NCBI GenBank assembly: GCA_046704385.1
Contig: JBJKSB010000021.1
Location: forward strand, 17,269-81,268
Reading direction: 5' to 3'
DNA from: Bacteroidales bacterium
Lineage (GTDB): Bacteria; Bacteroidota; Bacteroidia; Bacteroidales; SZUA-534
Length of the DNA stretch: 64,000 nucleotides
Positions 21,539 through 31,414 of this stretch are shown piece after piece. Numbering within the stretch: the stretch's first letter is position 1; every line of letters begins with the position of its first letter. Below the pieces are notes generated by a model, which saw only the letters and a list, made by a program, of their open reading frames with translations, did not search any database and was not told the origin of the DNA. The position numbers and the translations under genes were made by a program.

Positions 21539-21710
21539 AATGCGGATGCAAATATAAGCGCAAATTTTATTTCTGCAAAAAAAAATACTAAAAATTACAG
21601 GGTAATATAAAGCACCTTATTTGGGTTTAACCAAGTGGTTAAAAAATAATTGATTATGAACTGTTTTATAGTAATTCATTAGTATTTTTGGCCATCGAAA
21701 AAACAAAAAA

Positions 21711-22352
21711 ATGCAACGATTTACCTCTTCAATAACAAATTATATTCTCGACCACACCTCCGATCCGGATTCACTATTACAGGAACTGGAGCGCCAAACC
21801 TATGTTAAAGTACTGCGTCCCCAGATGGTTTCGGGGAAATTGCAGGGAAAAATCCTTGAAATGATCAGCTGCATGATACAACCCAACGCTATTTTGGAGT
21901 TAGGGACTTTTACCGGTTATTCAGCGTTGTGCCTGGCAAAGGGACTGAAGCCCGGGGGAAAATTAGTTACCATTGATGTTAATGATGAACTTGAGGAATT
22001 TGCACAGTCTTTTTTTGACCGGAGCCTTTACAGAAACCAGATTGATTTCAGGATAGGGGATGCCCGCCATATTATTCCCTCATTAATCGAAGAATTCGAT
22101 CTGGTTTTTATTGATGCCGACAAGCGGGAATATCCTGAGTATTACGAATTGGTTTTTGAGAAAGTTAAAACCGGGGGTTTTATTATTGCTGACGATGTAT
22201 TGTGGTACGGAAAAGTAAATGAGGAAATTGCTGATAATGACTTATATACCAAAGGACTGCTTCGTTTTAATGAAATGATAAAAAATGATAAACGGATCGA
22301 AAAAGTGATTCTTCCGGTTAGGGATGGATTAATGTTGCTTAGGAAATTATAA
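21711..22352 (+). CDS. class I SAM-dependent O-methyltransferase (caffeoyl-CoA OMT-like)
   Basis: 213 aa. SAM motif 'ILELGTFTGYSALCLA' and 'FDLVFIDADK'. Confidence 0.85.
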   Translation: MQRFTSSITNYILDHTSDPDSLLQELERQTYVKVLRPQMVSGKLQGKILEMISCMIQPNAILELGTFTGYSALCLAKGLKPGGKLVTIDVNDELEEFAQSFFDRSLYRNQIDFRIGDARHIIPSLIEEFDLVFIDADKREYPEYYELVFEKVKTGGFIIADDVLWYGKVNEEIADNDLYTKGLLRFNEMIKNDKRIEKVILPVRDGLMLLRKL

Positions 22353-22491
22353 TTGGTTTTTAGGAATGATGGAAAAATGATGTCGCCAATAATGCATTTA
22401 TTACAATTTTCCATCCTTCCAATTTTCCAATTCTGTACTTCAATTATTTAGTTTATCGAATCTATATTTAACCAGTTTCTTAAATTTCCGG

Positions 22492-23940
22492 TCATTTATT
22501 ATAATTCGCCCAGGGTTTTGCTTTCCGCATGTATTTTTTCGATGTTGTATTTGGCATGCCAAAGCAGGAGTTGCCGGCTGATTTTTTTGAGGAATCATTG
22601 TCAGCTTTCTTTTTGCATCCTAAATTTATGTTTAGTCCAAATCTTAAATTCACCATCCGGGTATCAAGAGGTTTTAAAATGGCCATCACATTATCGCTTA
22701 CCATATAAAGTTGTACCGGGTTTTTACCAATGAAAAACCCAAATCCCAAATTATTCAAGCTGTAATTCTGAATCGAGTATGAAGCTATAAAGCCAAGCCA
22801 GTTAAAAGGTTTGGCCTGACCCGATAAAGTTAATGTAGGCAATGTTTTAGTTTTATAAATCAAGACTGATCCATTAATGCCGGCACTAAAATATTTATTA
22901 TAGGTATAATTAGCTCCGGCTATAAACCGTGGAGGCAAAAAGGTAAAGTATTTTTTCTGATAAACGTTAAAACTCATTTGTTGCATGAATTGATCGCTCA
23001 AATTTTGGACATAGCTGCTGTCACTATTTAAAATGCCGGTAAATACAAATGATCCGGTGGCATCAAAGGTGTTTAAATTCGAACCCCAATGTATTAACCC
23101 CAAATCGAGAACGGAGGCTGATAATTGAATTTTATCGGTGTAGGGATAGACCATTCCGGCATCAAAAGCTATTCCGGGGTTTTTCCGATTAAGGATTAGG
23201 GCAACAGGACTTACACTTTCGTTATAGGTCAGGCTATTGAGCATGTTGTTTGTAACCTGGGCATTTATGGGTAAAGAAGTATTTATTATTGCTCCGCCAT
23301 CAAAATTCAGGTCAAAGGTATTTTCATCGGTATGCAAATTAATATCGGCTTTTCGTGGCGAAATGTTTAGTTTCCCAAATAATAGTTTTGCGCGAATGCC
23401 AACAAACATATCTCCCCAAGGATTTTTCGAAATGCCAATGGCATATTCACGATAATGATTTAAATAAAGCCCGGTTCCCCGTAAACTTGCATTATCGCCA
23501 ATAAAAGGAGCGTTTCCTTCAATGGCAAGATTGATTAAATCTTTGGGGTAGGTAATGGGCAGATTTAACTTTTCTGTTACTGAAAAAACAATGGAGTATT
23601 CCTGGTACTTGTATCCCAACGCAAACAATTGGGTATGTAATTCCAGTCCTATAAAATTCCTGAAGTGCATCCTGTCATTTAGTCCGTTTAAATCGGGATT
23701 GTATTGGCCGGAACCCGATTTACTAAACAACTGGTTAAAGGTAAAGCTGCTGTTGGCGTAGTTTACATGTAGCGATGATAAAACCGGAATGCCCACATAC
23801 CATTTACAGCTGACAGGAATGGCCGGGTTTAATAAATTGCTCTCCTGAACATCGTGCCAGAGATATAAAGTATTATTTTGTTGAGCTCTGACTGAAAGGC
23901 TAAAAATCAAAAAAAAACAGAGCGTGTATAATTTATCCAT
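22492..23940 (-). CDS. outer-membrane beta-barrel protein (PorP/SprF-like, uncertain)
   Basis: 482 aa with a signal peptide. 'AQQNN...LLNPA' resembles the N-terminus of PorP/SprF-type proteins. Extensive beta-strand pattern and a basic C-terminal tail. Confidence 0.4.
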   Translation of the reverse strand: MDKLYTLCFFLIFSLSVRAQQNNTLYLWHDVQESNLLNPAIPVSCKWYVGIPVLSSLHVNYANSSFTFNQLFSKSGSGQYNPDLNGLNDRMHFRNFIGLELHTQLFALGYKYQEYSIVFSVTEKLNLPITYPKDLINLAIEGNAPFIGDNASLRGTGLYLNHYREYAIGISKNPWGDMFVGIRAKLLFGKLNISPRKADINLHTDENTFDLNFDGGAIINTSLPINAQVTNNMLNSLTYNESVSPVALILNRKNPGIAFDAGMVYPYTDKIQLSASVLDLGLIHWGSNLNTFDATGSFVFTGILNSDSSYVQNLSDQFMQQMSFNVYQKKYFTFLPPRFIAGANYTYNKYFSAGINGSVLIYKTKTLPTLTLSGQAKPFNWLGFIASYSIQNYSLNNLGFGFFIGKNPVQLYMVSDNVMAILKPLDTRMVNLRFGLNINLGCKKKADNDSSKKSAGNSCFGMPNTTSKKYMRKAKPWANYNK

Positions 23941-24607
23941 TAATCTTTAAATTGGTTTTGATTTTAATGCCTAACTGAATCCATAAATCCTGGTCGGAAT
24001 AGTATTTTGTAATTACGTCATCTAAACTTTCAATTATTACCTCGGTTGATACATCAATGCTGCTGATATTATACAAATTCTGAAGCCGGTCATCACTAAA
24101 ACTGGTGTCGTATTTCCATTGTTCTGATGTAGCAGTAACATTGCCGACACTATCAAGAACTGCGGGTTCAATTATCATTGGACCATTTTCATATAAAGAA
24201 TCGATTACTTTCCCACCAGCATTATTAAAATATATCTGCAACTCGATTTTTGCCGGTATTTTGTTAACCGCATTGGTTCTGAACATGGCTGCGGTTATAA
24301 ATTCGCTGGTACTTGTAGCACCCGAAAGGGTGAATGATAAATTTTGCAAATAGTTAAACCTTTTGGGGATTTGGTACAATTCGCCGTCGTATAAAAATCC
24401 ATCAAGCGTATCCAGTTGCATGGTATCAATCGGATTTAACTGATTGAGTGTATTCAGATAGGTTCCCAGTGCCAGGTCGGGACTGCCAATAGGAATGGCA
24501 TATTCAGGCTGAATAGAGATATTGCCTCCAATGTTTGAAACATCTTCTTTCAGGCATCCTGAAAGAAGTAATATAGTTGATATCATTAAAAGAAGAGTCA
24601 ACTTCAT
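23933..24607 (-). CDS. lipoprotein of unknown function
   Basis: 224 aa with lipobox 'LLLSGC'. Overlaps the downstream OMP gene by 8 nt, which suggests an operon. Confidence 0.6.
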   Translation of the reverse strand: MKLTLLLMISTILLLSGCLKEDVSNIGGNISIQPEYAIPIGSPDLALGTYLNTLNQLNPIDTMQLDTLDGFLYDGELYQIPKRFNYLQNLSFTLSGATSTSEFITAAMFRTNAVNKIPAKIELQIYFNNAGGKVIDSLYENGPMIIEPAVLDSVGNVTATSEQWKYDTSFSDDRLQNLYNISSIDVSTEVIIESLDDVITKYYSDQDLWIQLGIKIKTNLKING

Positions 24608-24752
24608 GATTTATCCATTAGCAAAGAAGCATTTCACAGGTTTATAAGTGACCGGGCTAATTTAAGAAATTAAGGTCATTTATTGGACATTTTCGTATTA
24701 AAATGCGATCTCTGGTAACTGGTTAATTAGTGTTATTTCCATCTGTGCAATA

Positions 24753-26612
24753 TTATTCCAATTTAAAAACCCGGAATGAATGTGGTTTTAGGGTAAATGA
24801 ATAAACATTTTTAACCACCTTACTTCTGAATGATTTTCGAATTTTCGGTTTTATAGATTCTTTGGAACTTAAATCTGTAATACTTTTAGAATCATCCGAA
24901 GCAACAATTTTCACATTAGTTTCCTTTTCATTGAATGATTCTGCAATAAAGGTATTGTTGTCGTAAAGAAACAGTGAAATATTGGCCGGGCCCTCCAGTG
25001 TCAGTGGAAGATTGCTGCAAAATACTTCTCGAATTTTATTCAGGGCATTTTCAGGTAACTGGTATAAATCGGCAAAATTATCAGGAACTACCAAAATATA
25101 AAGTTTTCCTGAGGCATAGTCAGCCTCATGGAGTAGTGGCCAGCCATTGGGGCCGTTTAAACCCGATACAATCTCCCACGAATCGTTGGTCAGATATTGT
25201 ATCTGCTGCATCAATATGGGTTGTTCACTTGATTGAACTCTTCCGAATCCGGCCATAAAATCTTTGACCAAAGCTTTGCGGTCAGTATACCGAATTTCAG
25301 CAATGTCCTGTATTCCTTTGTCCTGCAATTCGCGTAATAATCCACTGGTGATAATAATGGTTTTGCCCTGGAGGAGCGAAGTTTTAATCTTTTGTACAAT
25401 ATCATTGTCAAATTTTGCCTCTTCGGTTAATAAAATTACTTTTTCATTTTCTGGAAAATAAGGGAGTTGATTCATAGGTAATCCAATCATTCCCAGGAAA
25501 TTTTGAAGAAAATCTTCACCGATGCTGTGAAAGGGTTTGTAACTGGCAATTCCAACAGGATTTCCAACCAGACTCATGGTTTGATCGGCCAGTTCCAAAG
25601 CTTGGCCAGCCATTCGGGCTGTGGTTTTGTCAGTAACGTTATCAGAATTTGTATAGCCTTTGTGTGCCATCATTTCATCAAAGTTGAAAGTGGTACCCGA
25701 ATCCTGCCAAGGGGCACGCATTTTTTTACTGATGGTGTCGGTCATTTGAGCAAAGGAGAACAAGGTGATTTCCCGGGCGCACGCAAAAGCGGTTAAAACC
25801 AATTGTTCTTCATATCGGTCAGAATACCAGCTGGCGAATGGATCGACCCAGCCACCGCCATTTTTACCCGGAGCAATATTTTCGAAATACCGGATAATAT
25901 TATAGCTTAAGTAAGGTTGCAAATGTTGTGCACTAAACCGGGCATCGCGGGTTTCGGTGCCGGTGTAAATTCCGTCAAACATTTTTGGGCCGCGGTTTAA
26001 GTCAAAACCCATTCCCTGGAAATGCTCGTACCAATTCGGGTATTTAATAATGACTTTTACTTTCGGATTGACTTTTTTTGCCGGATTAATTACCAGGCTT
26101 TGCCCGGCTTCAGTCATCAGATCAATTCGGTATTGCGTCCAGCTTTTGTCTCCTTTGTCGGCAATAGCATCGCTGGTTTTGCAGTTGGTAAAGAAAAAAT
26201 CATCAAGAATAAATTCGTCGAAATTTTTAGCCGTGAATTCGGCTATTTCCTGCACCTTTTTCCGGTCGTTGGGATCCTGGTAACAGAACGTCTGAAAACG
26301 GTTGGGTTCACTAATAGTATAAGTAATTCCACCGGCAATTTCAATATTTCGTTTGGTAAAAAATTCTTTGGCAATATCCAGGGTTTGCTGGTCAACCATC
26401 AGCATATCGCGATGCGTTTCCAGGTAAACCTTATCTACTTTAAGTTGATTGGTAATGGTTTCCCAACGGGGAGCCAGGTAATTGGTGGTATCGCCCATTT
26501 TGGCTACTTCGTAGGCACGACAATAAATGGAGACTTTAAAGTTGTTGTATTCCTGTGTAAATGACATAAGTGCTGACACTAAAAGTAACGTAATAACGAA
26601 TATTTTTTTCAT
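24753..26612 (-). CDS. secreted protein of unknown function
   Basis: 619 aa with a signal peptide. I recognise no motif. Confidence 0.6.
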   Translation of the reverse strand: MKKIFVITLLLVSALMSFTQEYNNFKVSIYCRAYEVAKMGDTTNYLAPRWETITNQLKVDKVYLETHRDMLMVDQQTLDIAKEFFTKRNIEIAGGITYTISEPNRFQTFCYQDPNDRKKVQEIAEFTAKNFDEFILDDFFFTNCKTSDAIADKGDKSWTQYRIDLMTEAGQSLVINPAKKVNPKVKVIIKYPNWYEHFQGMGFDLNRGPKMFDGIYTGTETRDARFSAQHLQPYLSYNIIRYFENIAPGKNGGGWVDPFASWYSDRYEEQLVLTAFACAREITLFSFAQMTDTISKKMRAPWQDSGTTFNFDEMMAHKGYTNSDNVTDKTTARMAGQALELADQTMSLVGNPVGIASYKPFHSIGEDFLQNFLGMIGLPMNQLPYFPENEKVILLTEEAKFDNDIVQKIKTSLLQGKTIIITSGLLRELQDKGIQDIAEIRYTDRKALVKDFMAGFGRVQSSEQPILMQQIQYLTNDSWEIVSGLNGPNGWPLLHEADYASGKLYILVVPDNFADLYQLPENALNKIREVFCSNLPLTLEGPANISLFLYDNNTFIAESFNEKETNVKIVASDDSKSITDLSSKESIKPKIRKSFRSKVVKNVYSFTLKPHSFRVFKLE

Positions 26613-26892
26613 AGTGGGAGTTTTAATTTTACACTAATTTATACAAAAATGATTTTCAAAGTATAAAATTTACATGGGTTAAATTCCTCAAAATTCCTTT
26701 GATGTTTCTAAAGTTTGTTCTGAATCGTAATTTGTCAGAAAACCAAGCCCTTTTGATATGAATTAAGCAGGTTGTCTATTATTTTCTTAATATTGTATGA
26801 TATGCACGAATTTCCATATAAGTATGTTCAACCGGATCATTTTTTAGAAATTACCAGTATGACAGGCAGGCAGAATAATCTGAAATGAATTT

Positions 26893-27741
26893 ATGAAAGA
26901 AAAAATTTTAAACGACTGTAATAAAATTCCAATAATGGGTTTTGGAACTTACAAAGCGCTTGAGCAAAGGGGGATTGAATCGGTTAAATATGCACTGGCC
27001 AAAGGCTATCGTTTGATTGATACGGCTGCCATATATGAAAATGAAGAAGCAGTCGGAAAAGGGATAAAAGCAAGTGAGGTACCAAGAGAAGAGATTTTTT
27101 TAACTACTAAGGTATGGCGCAAAGAGTTAGGGTATAAGCAAACAAAAAAAGCTTTTAGAGAATCCCTTCGAAAACTGAATTTGGATTATGTTGATTTGTA
27201 TTTGATACACTGGCCGGCTAATGCCAAAAATTACAGCAACTGGCAAAAAACCAATGCTGACACATGGCGTGCGTTGGAAGAGTTGCAGGCTGAAGGAAAA
27301 ATCAGATCGATTGGAGTCAGTAACTTTTGGCAGGAACATTTGGAAGCTCTTTTTCAGACCGCAAAAGTAATTCCTGCAGTAAATCAAATTGAATTTCATC
27401 CTGGTTATTGGCAGCCGGAGGTAACCAACTTTTGTAAAGATCATGGCATAACAGTTGAATCATGGTCACCTTTGGCAAGAGGCAGGATCTTTGGAAATAA
27501 AGAATTAATAGAAATAGCCAAAGCTTATAATAAATCGGTCTCCCAGGTTTGTTTGCGCTGGATCATACAGCACGATATAGTTGTAATCCCAAAATCAACA
27601 TCCCCGGAAAGGATTGATGAAAACATCAACGTGTTTGACTTTGAATTATCGGCAGAGGAAATAAATACGATTGATAACCTTCCTGCAATGGGATTTAGTG
27701 GGGAGTTGCCTGATTTATGGCCGGATGTAGTACAACAATAA
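26893..27741 (+). CDS. aldo/keto reductase
   Basis: 282 aa. AKR signatures 'GFGTYK', 'IDTAAIYENE', 'LDYVDLYLIHWP' and 'IPKSTSPERI'. Confidence 0.9.
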   Translation: MKEKILNDCNKIPIMGFGTYKALEQRGIESVKYALAKGYRLIDTAAIYENEEAVGKGIKASEVPREEIFLTTKVWRKELGYKQTKKAFRESLRKLNLDYVDLYLIHWPANAKNYSNWQKTNADTWRALEELQAEGKIRSIGVSNFWQEHLEALFQTAKVIPAVNQIEFHPGYWQPEVTNFCKDHGITVESWSPLARGRIFGNKELIEIAKAYNKSVSQVCLRWIIQHDIVVIPKSTSPERIDENINVFDFELSAEEINTIDNLPAMGFSGELPDLWPDVVQQ

Positions 27742-27753
27742 TCCAATTTTTTT

Positions 27754-29301
27754 ATGAGAGATTTCAAAAAATACCCAGGCCAAACAGAAAACATTATTGT
27801 GCTTTTTATCGCCCTGGTTAGTGTCATTCTTCATTTGGGGTTTAATAATGCTTTTGGTTTTCATCGTGATGAAATGCTATACCTCACTTTGGGGCAGCAT
27901 CTTGATTTTGGGTATTTTTCGGTACCTCCGCTAATTGGTTTTATAGCTTTTATTTCTACCAAAATTTTTGGCTATACACTGTTTGCGGCTCGGTTTTTCC
28001 CGGCTCTTTTGGGCGGAGCAATTATAGTTTTAAGTGCTCAGATAGCTAAAGAACTAAAGGGTGGGGCTTATGCCCAAATTTTAACAGCAGTTTCCATCAT
28101 TGGTTCCATTTTATTTGTACGTGCCTTTGGCTTGTTCCAACCGGTGTGTTTTGATATTTTCTTTTGGACATTGTGCTTATATTTGATAATCAGATATATA
28201 AATACCGAACAACAAAAGTATATATTATATTTTGGGTTAACCATTGGCCTGGGTCTATTAAATAAATACAACTTATTGTTCCTGCTTTTCGCGGTATTAG
28301 TAGTAATTCCTTTTACAAAATATCGGAAATTGTTCTTGTCAAAATATTTCTATTGGGCCATGTTAATTGGTTTTTTGGTAGTTTTGCCCAATATCATCTG
28401 GCAAATAACCCATCATTTTCCGGTGGCTTCACATATGGCTGAACTCCATTCGTCACAATTGGTAAACATGAGTCCCGGGTTATTCATTTTTGAGCAGTTC
28501 TTAATGATAATGCCGGTAACAATAATTGGCCTGGCAGGATTTGTTTATTTACTCTTTATAAAGAAGATTGAGGCCCATAGAATCCTGGCTTTTATTTGCC
28601 TGGTTGTGTTATTGGTTTTCATTTTACTTCAGGGAAAAAGTTACTATAGTGCAGGTATATATCCCTTGCTGATTGCTGCCGGAGCAGTATTATTTGAAGT
28701 CCTCCTAAAGAGAAATATTACAAGGATAGCATTTGTTTTACTATTACTTTTCGTGGAGTGGAGGACTCTTCCCATGGGGAAACCCATTTATAATCCTGAT
28801 AAAATGGTAAGTTATTTTGATGCCATGCAGGATAAGGTTGGGAACGATGATGTGCGACGCTTTGAGGATAACACCTATCATAAACTACCCCAGGATTATG
28901 CTGACATGCTGGGTTGGAACGAATTAACCGATTTGACTTATAAAGCGTGGCAAATGGTCGAAAACAAAAATCAATGCGTAATTTTTGGCGACAGTTATGC
29001 TGAAGCAAGTGTTATATGCGTTATCGGGAAAAAGTACAACTTACCGAATTGCCTGAGTTTTAACGATAATTTCAGGTTTTGGAATCCGAAAACGTTTAAT
29101 ACTGAAATAACCGACTTAATTTATATAAATGATAAACCTGGTGATGATATAAAGGAATTGTTTGCTGATATCCAAAGAGTTGGAATCATAAGCAATCCCC
29201 TGGCACGGGAATATGGCTTAGGGGTCTATTTATGCCGTAAACCAACCCGGAGTTTTAATGCGGCCTGGGAGCAAATTGTGAAAGAAAAAGCCAGGTATTA
29301 A
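27754..29301 (+). CDS. GT39/ArnT-like membrane glycosyltransferase
   Basis: 515 aa with at least 10 hydrophobic helices. 'FHRDEMLYL' resembles the DE motif loop of PMT/ArnT-type enzymes. Confidence 0.65.
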   Translation: MRDFKKYPGQTENIIVLFIALVSVILHLGFNNAFGFHRDEMLYLTLGQHLDFGYFSVPPLIGFIAFISTKIFGYTLFAARFFPALLGGAIIVLSAQIAKELKGGAYAQILTAVSIIGSILFVRAFGLFQPVCFDIFFWTLCLYLIIRYINTEQQKYILYFGLTIGLGLLNKYNLLFLLFAVLVVIPFTKYRKLFLSKYFYWAMLIGFLVVLPNIIWQITHHFPVASHMAELHSSQLVNMSPGLFIFEQFLMIMPVTIIGLAGFVYLLFIKKIEAHRILAFICLVVLLVFILLQGKSYYSAGIYPLLIAAGAVLFEVLLKRNITRIAFVLLLLFVEWRTLPMGKPIYNPDKMVSYFDAMQDKVGNDDVRRFEDNTYHKLPQDYADMLGWNELTDLTYKAWQMVENKNQCVIFGDSYAEASVICVIGKKYNLPNCLSFNDNFRFWNPKTFNTEITDLIYINDKPGDDIKELFADIQRVGIISNPLAREYGLGVYLCRKPTRSFNAAWEQIVKEKARY

Positions 29302-29310
29302 TTTAAGTCC

Positions 29311-29955
29311 TCATACATCCAACTTACCATTCTTAATCAAATCAATCCTGCAACTTTCGGCTAATTCTTCAATCTCGATTGCTTTCTTAATTTGTTCCAG
29401 GTTTGATTCCGCATGATAAAGAAAATGGAAGATTTCTTTTAAGGTATAATTTTGTTCTTTTCGTTCGATCAATTCAAGCAAATCATCTTGGCGTACAATC
29501 CCGGATTCTAAAATTCTGACATAAGTTCCTGGTTTTTCCGCATCGACAAACATTTTAAGGGCGCTCGGATTTTCAAGCCGGATACCCAGTTTAAAACATG
29601 GTTGCCGGGGCTGGGTTATTTGGACAACAGTATTGCCAATTTTAAAAATATCACCGATATGAATTTGGGATTCATCCAGGCCTGCAGCGGTTAAGTTTTC
29701 GCCAAACATACCAAATTGCCAGTTGAGGTTGGGAAATTTTGACTGCCAAAACGGATAGTGATCGGCTGAATATAAATAACAGGCTTTGTCTTCGCCTCCA
29801 TGATATTTTCGATCCATTACGTCATCGCCTGCCACATCAGTTCTTTCTAATTGAAGCGATTCATCAACCGGAAATTTATAAATGCCGGTATAAATTTCTT
29901 TTCCGTTCCATTTTAGAAGTCTTTTTTTCCCGATGTTGGTGGATATAATTTTCAT
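29311..29955 (-). CDS. MOSC-domain protein
   Basis: Tracked as 29311-30084, but the first 43 codons overlap corA. The internal ATG at 29955 ('MKIISTNIGKK...') gives 214 aa with 'ITQPRQPCFKLG', typical of MOSC. Confidence 0.8.
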   Translation of the reverse strand: MKIISTNIGKKRLLKWNGKEIYTGIYKFPVDESLQLERTDVAGDDVMDRKYHGGEDKACYLYSADHYPFWQSKFPNLNWQFGMFGENLTAAGLDESQIHIGDIFKIGNTVVQITQPRQPCFKLGIRLENPSALKMFVDAEKPGTYVRILESGIVRQDDLLELIERKEQNYTLKEIFHFLYHAESNLEQIKKAIEIEELAESCRIDLIKNGKLDV

Positions 29956-29971
29956 CCGTTTATAATTTATT

Positions 29972-30901
29972 CTAAAACCACTGCCTTTTCCTAAAAAGCA
30001 TAACCCCCAGCGATGAAAGTAATAACGATGCCACAATAATAGCCGGCATAGCCCACTTTGCGCTTTCCATATAGTTGGGCACATTCATCCCAAAAATACT
30101 GGCTATTAAAGTAGGGATCATTAAAATAATGGAGATAGAAGTAAGCTGTTTCATCACCACGTTCAGATTATTGGAAATCACCGAGGCAAAGGCATCCATC
30201 ATGCCACTTTGGATATCGGAATAAATCTGTGCCATTTCAAGTGCCTGCTTGTTTTCAATAATGGCATCTTCAAGCAAGTCCTCGTTTATTTCGGTGGTAA
30301 TACGTTTTGAATTCCTAAGTTTAGCCAGTACAATTTCGTTGGCTTTTATGGAGGTAACGAAAAACACCAGGCATTTTTCCATTTTAAGCAGTTTGTTCAA
30401 TTCCCTGTTTTTGATCGATTTTTCAAGATCCTGCTCAATATAGGAAGTTTGCTGGTTAATTTGTTTTAAATATTTAAGGTACAGGCTTCCCGACCGTAGA
30501 AACAACCGGATGATGAAATTGTAAACATCGGTGATTTGGTTGTAGTGTTCCCTAAAGGGAGATAGTTTTGTAATGGGGAGAATTTCATTATCCTGAAGAC
30601 ATAACGTAAGTGTGAAATTGTCAGTCATGAAAATACCTAATGGGACCGTGTAATAATTTATTCCATTGCTTTGATTTTCAACAGGAACCCGCATAATAAC
30701 CAGCGTCCAGTCGTCTTCAAACTCCAAACGCGGGCGTTCGTCAATATCCAGAATATCCTGAACCGCGTCGGCTGGTAGATGAAAATCTTCGGTAATTCTT
30801 TGAATTTCTTCCTGGGTAGGTTTGGTTACATTAATCCAGCAACCGTTTTCAACAGTGGCGATATCTACATATCCGCCAAAAGTTTTAAAAATTTTAATCA
30901 T
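29972..30901 (-). CDS. corA: CorA-family magnesium transporter
   Basis: 309 aa. Two C-terminal TM helices flank the 'GMN' motif ('IFGMNVP'). Confidence 0.9.
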   Translation of the reverse strand: MIKIFKTFGGYVDIATVENGCWINVTKPTQEEIQRITEDFHLPADAVQDILDIDERPRLEFEDDWTLVIMRVPVENQSNGINYYTVPLGIFMTDNFTLTLCLQDNEILPITKLSPFREHYNQITDVYNFIIRLFLRSGSLYLKYLKQINQQTSYIEQDLEKSIKNRELNKLLKMEKCLVFFVTSIKANEIVLAKLRNSKRITTEINEDLLEDAIIENKQALEMAQIYSDIQSGMMDAFASVISNNLNVVMKQLTSISIILMIPTLIASIFGMNVPNYMESAKWAMPAIIVASLLLSSLGVMLFRKRQWF

Positions 30902-31219
30902 GATCTGTCTCCCTGCGATTTAAAACTGCAAGAAGACCAACCCTCCTCACAGTTCTGGTTAATACTTCGTTTTACTATGATAAGGGCCTTCGTCCATATT
31001 TCAATTAGTATTTAAATTCGGTGCAAGTTTAGCTACTTATATTGTAAAAAGCGACAAAAACACGAAAAAAAAATTAAATGATTTGGAATTTTATTTTTTG
31101 TAATTTGAGCAAATAGCAGATTAATAACACTTTAGGATATTAATAATTCACAAAGACCAGGAATAAAAAGATTCGGCTTTTGAAGTGGCTAGTAGCGCGT
31201 TCATAAAGTTCTGTTTAAT

Positions 31220-31269
31220 ACTCATCGGATGACTTATTTATAAACCAGCAGCCCGGTCATCCGATGAGT
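31220..31269. repeat. perfect 14-bp inverted repeat (core of a longer imperfect IR, 31189-31298)
   Basis: ACTCATCGGATGAC, 22 nt, then GTCATCCGATGAGT. Outer arms CTAGTAG..TTCAT and ATGAA..CTACTAG extend the pairing. Confidence 0.8.
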
Positions 31270-31414
31270 TTTATGTTACTTAATGAACCTTCTACTAGTA
31301 TTTAATGAGGCTGTCTTTTTGATTGATCTTTTTTTATGCGCATCGGTTTACAATTTCATAAGCATGAAATTATAAAATCATAAGCAACAAATTTTTTTTC
31401 ATGCGCATCATTTT

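Noticed and set aside
26022-26564. 180-aa plus-strand ORF and neighbours (24974-25258, 25264-25461, 25503-25796, 26050-26283).
   Set aside because: All are antisense to the 619-aa secreted-protein gene and lack motifs. They are shadow ORFs.
29956-30084. N-terminal 43-codon extension of the MOSC gene as given in the ORF track.
   Set aside because: It overlaps the 3' end of corA, and its translation (MCPTIWKAQSGLCRLLLWHRYYF...) looks non-protein-like. The internal ATG at 29955 gives a normal MOSC N-terminus.
30902-31188. Looked for an Mg-responsive leader (M-box-like) upstream of corA.
   Set aside because: There are some local pairings (e.g. around 30910-30960), but nothing I could align to a known element. 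The evidence is too weak to report.
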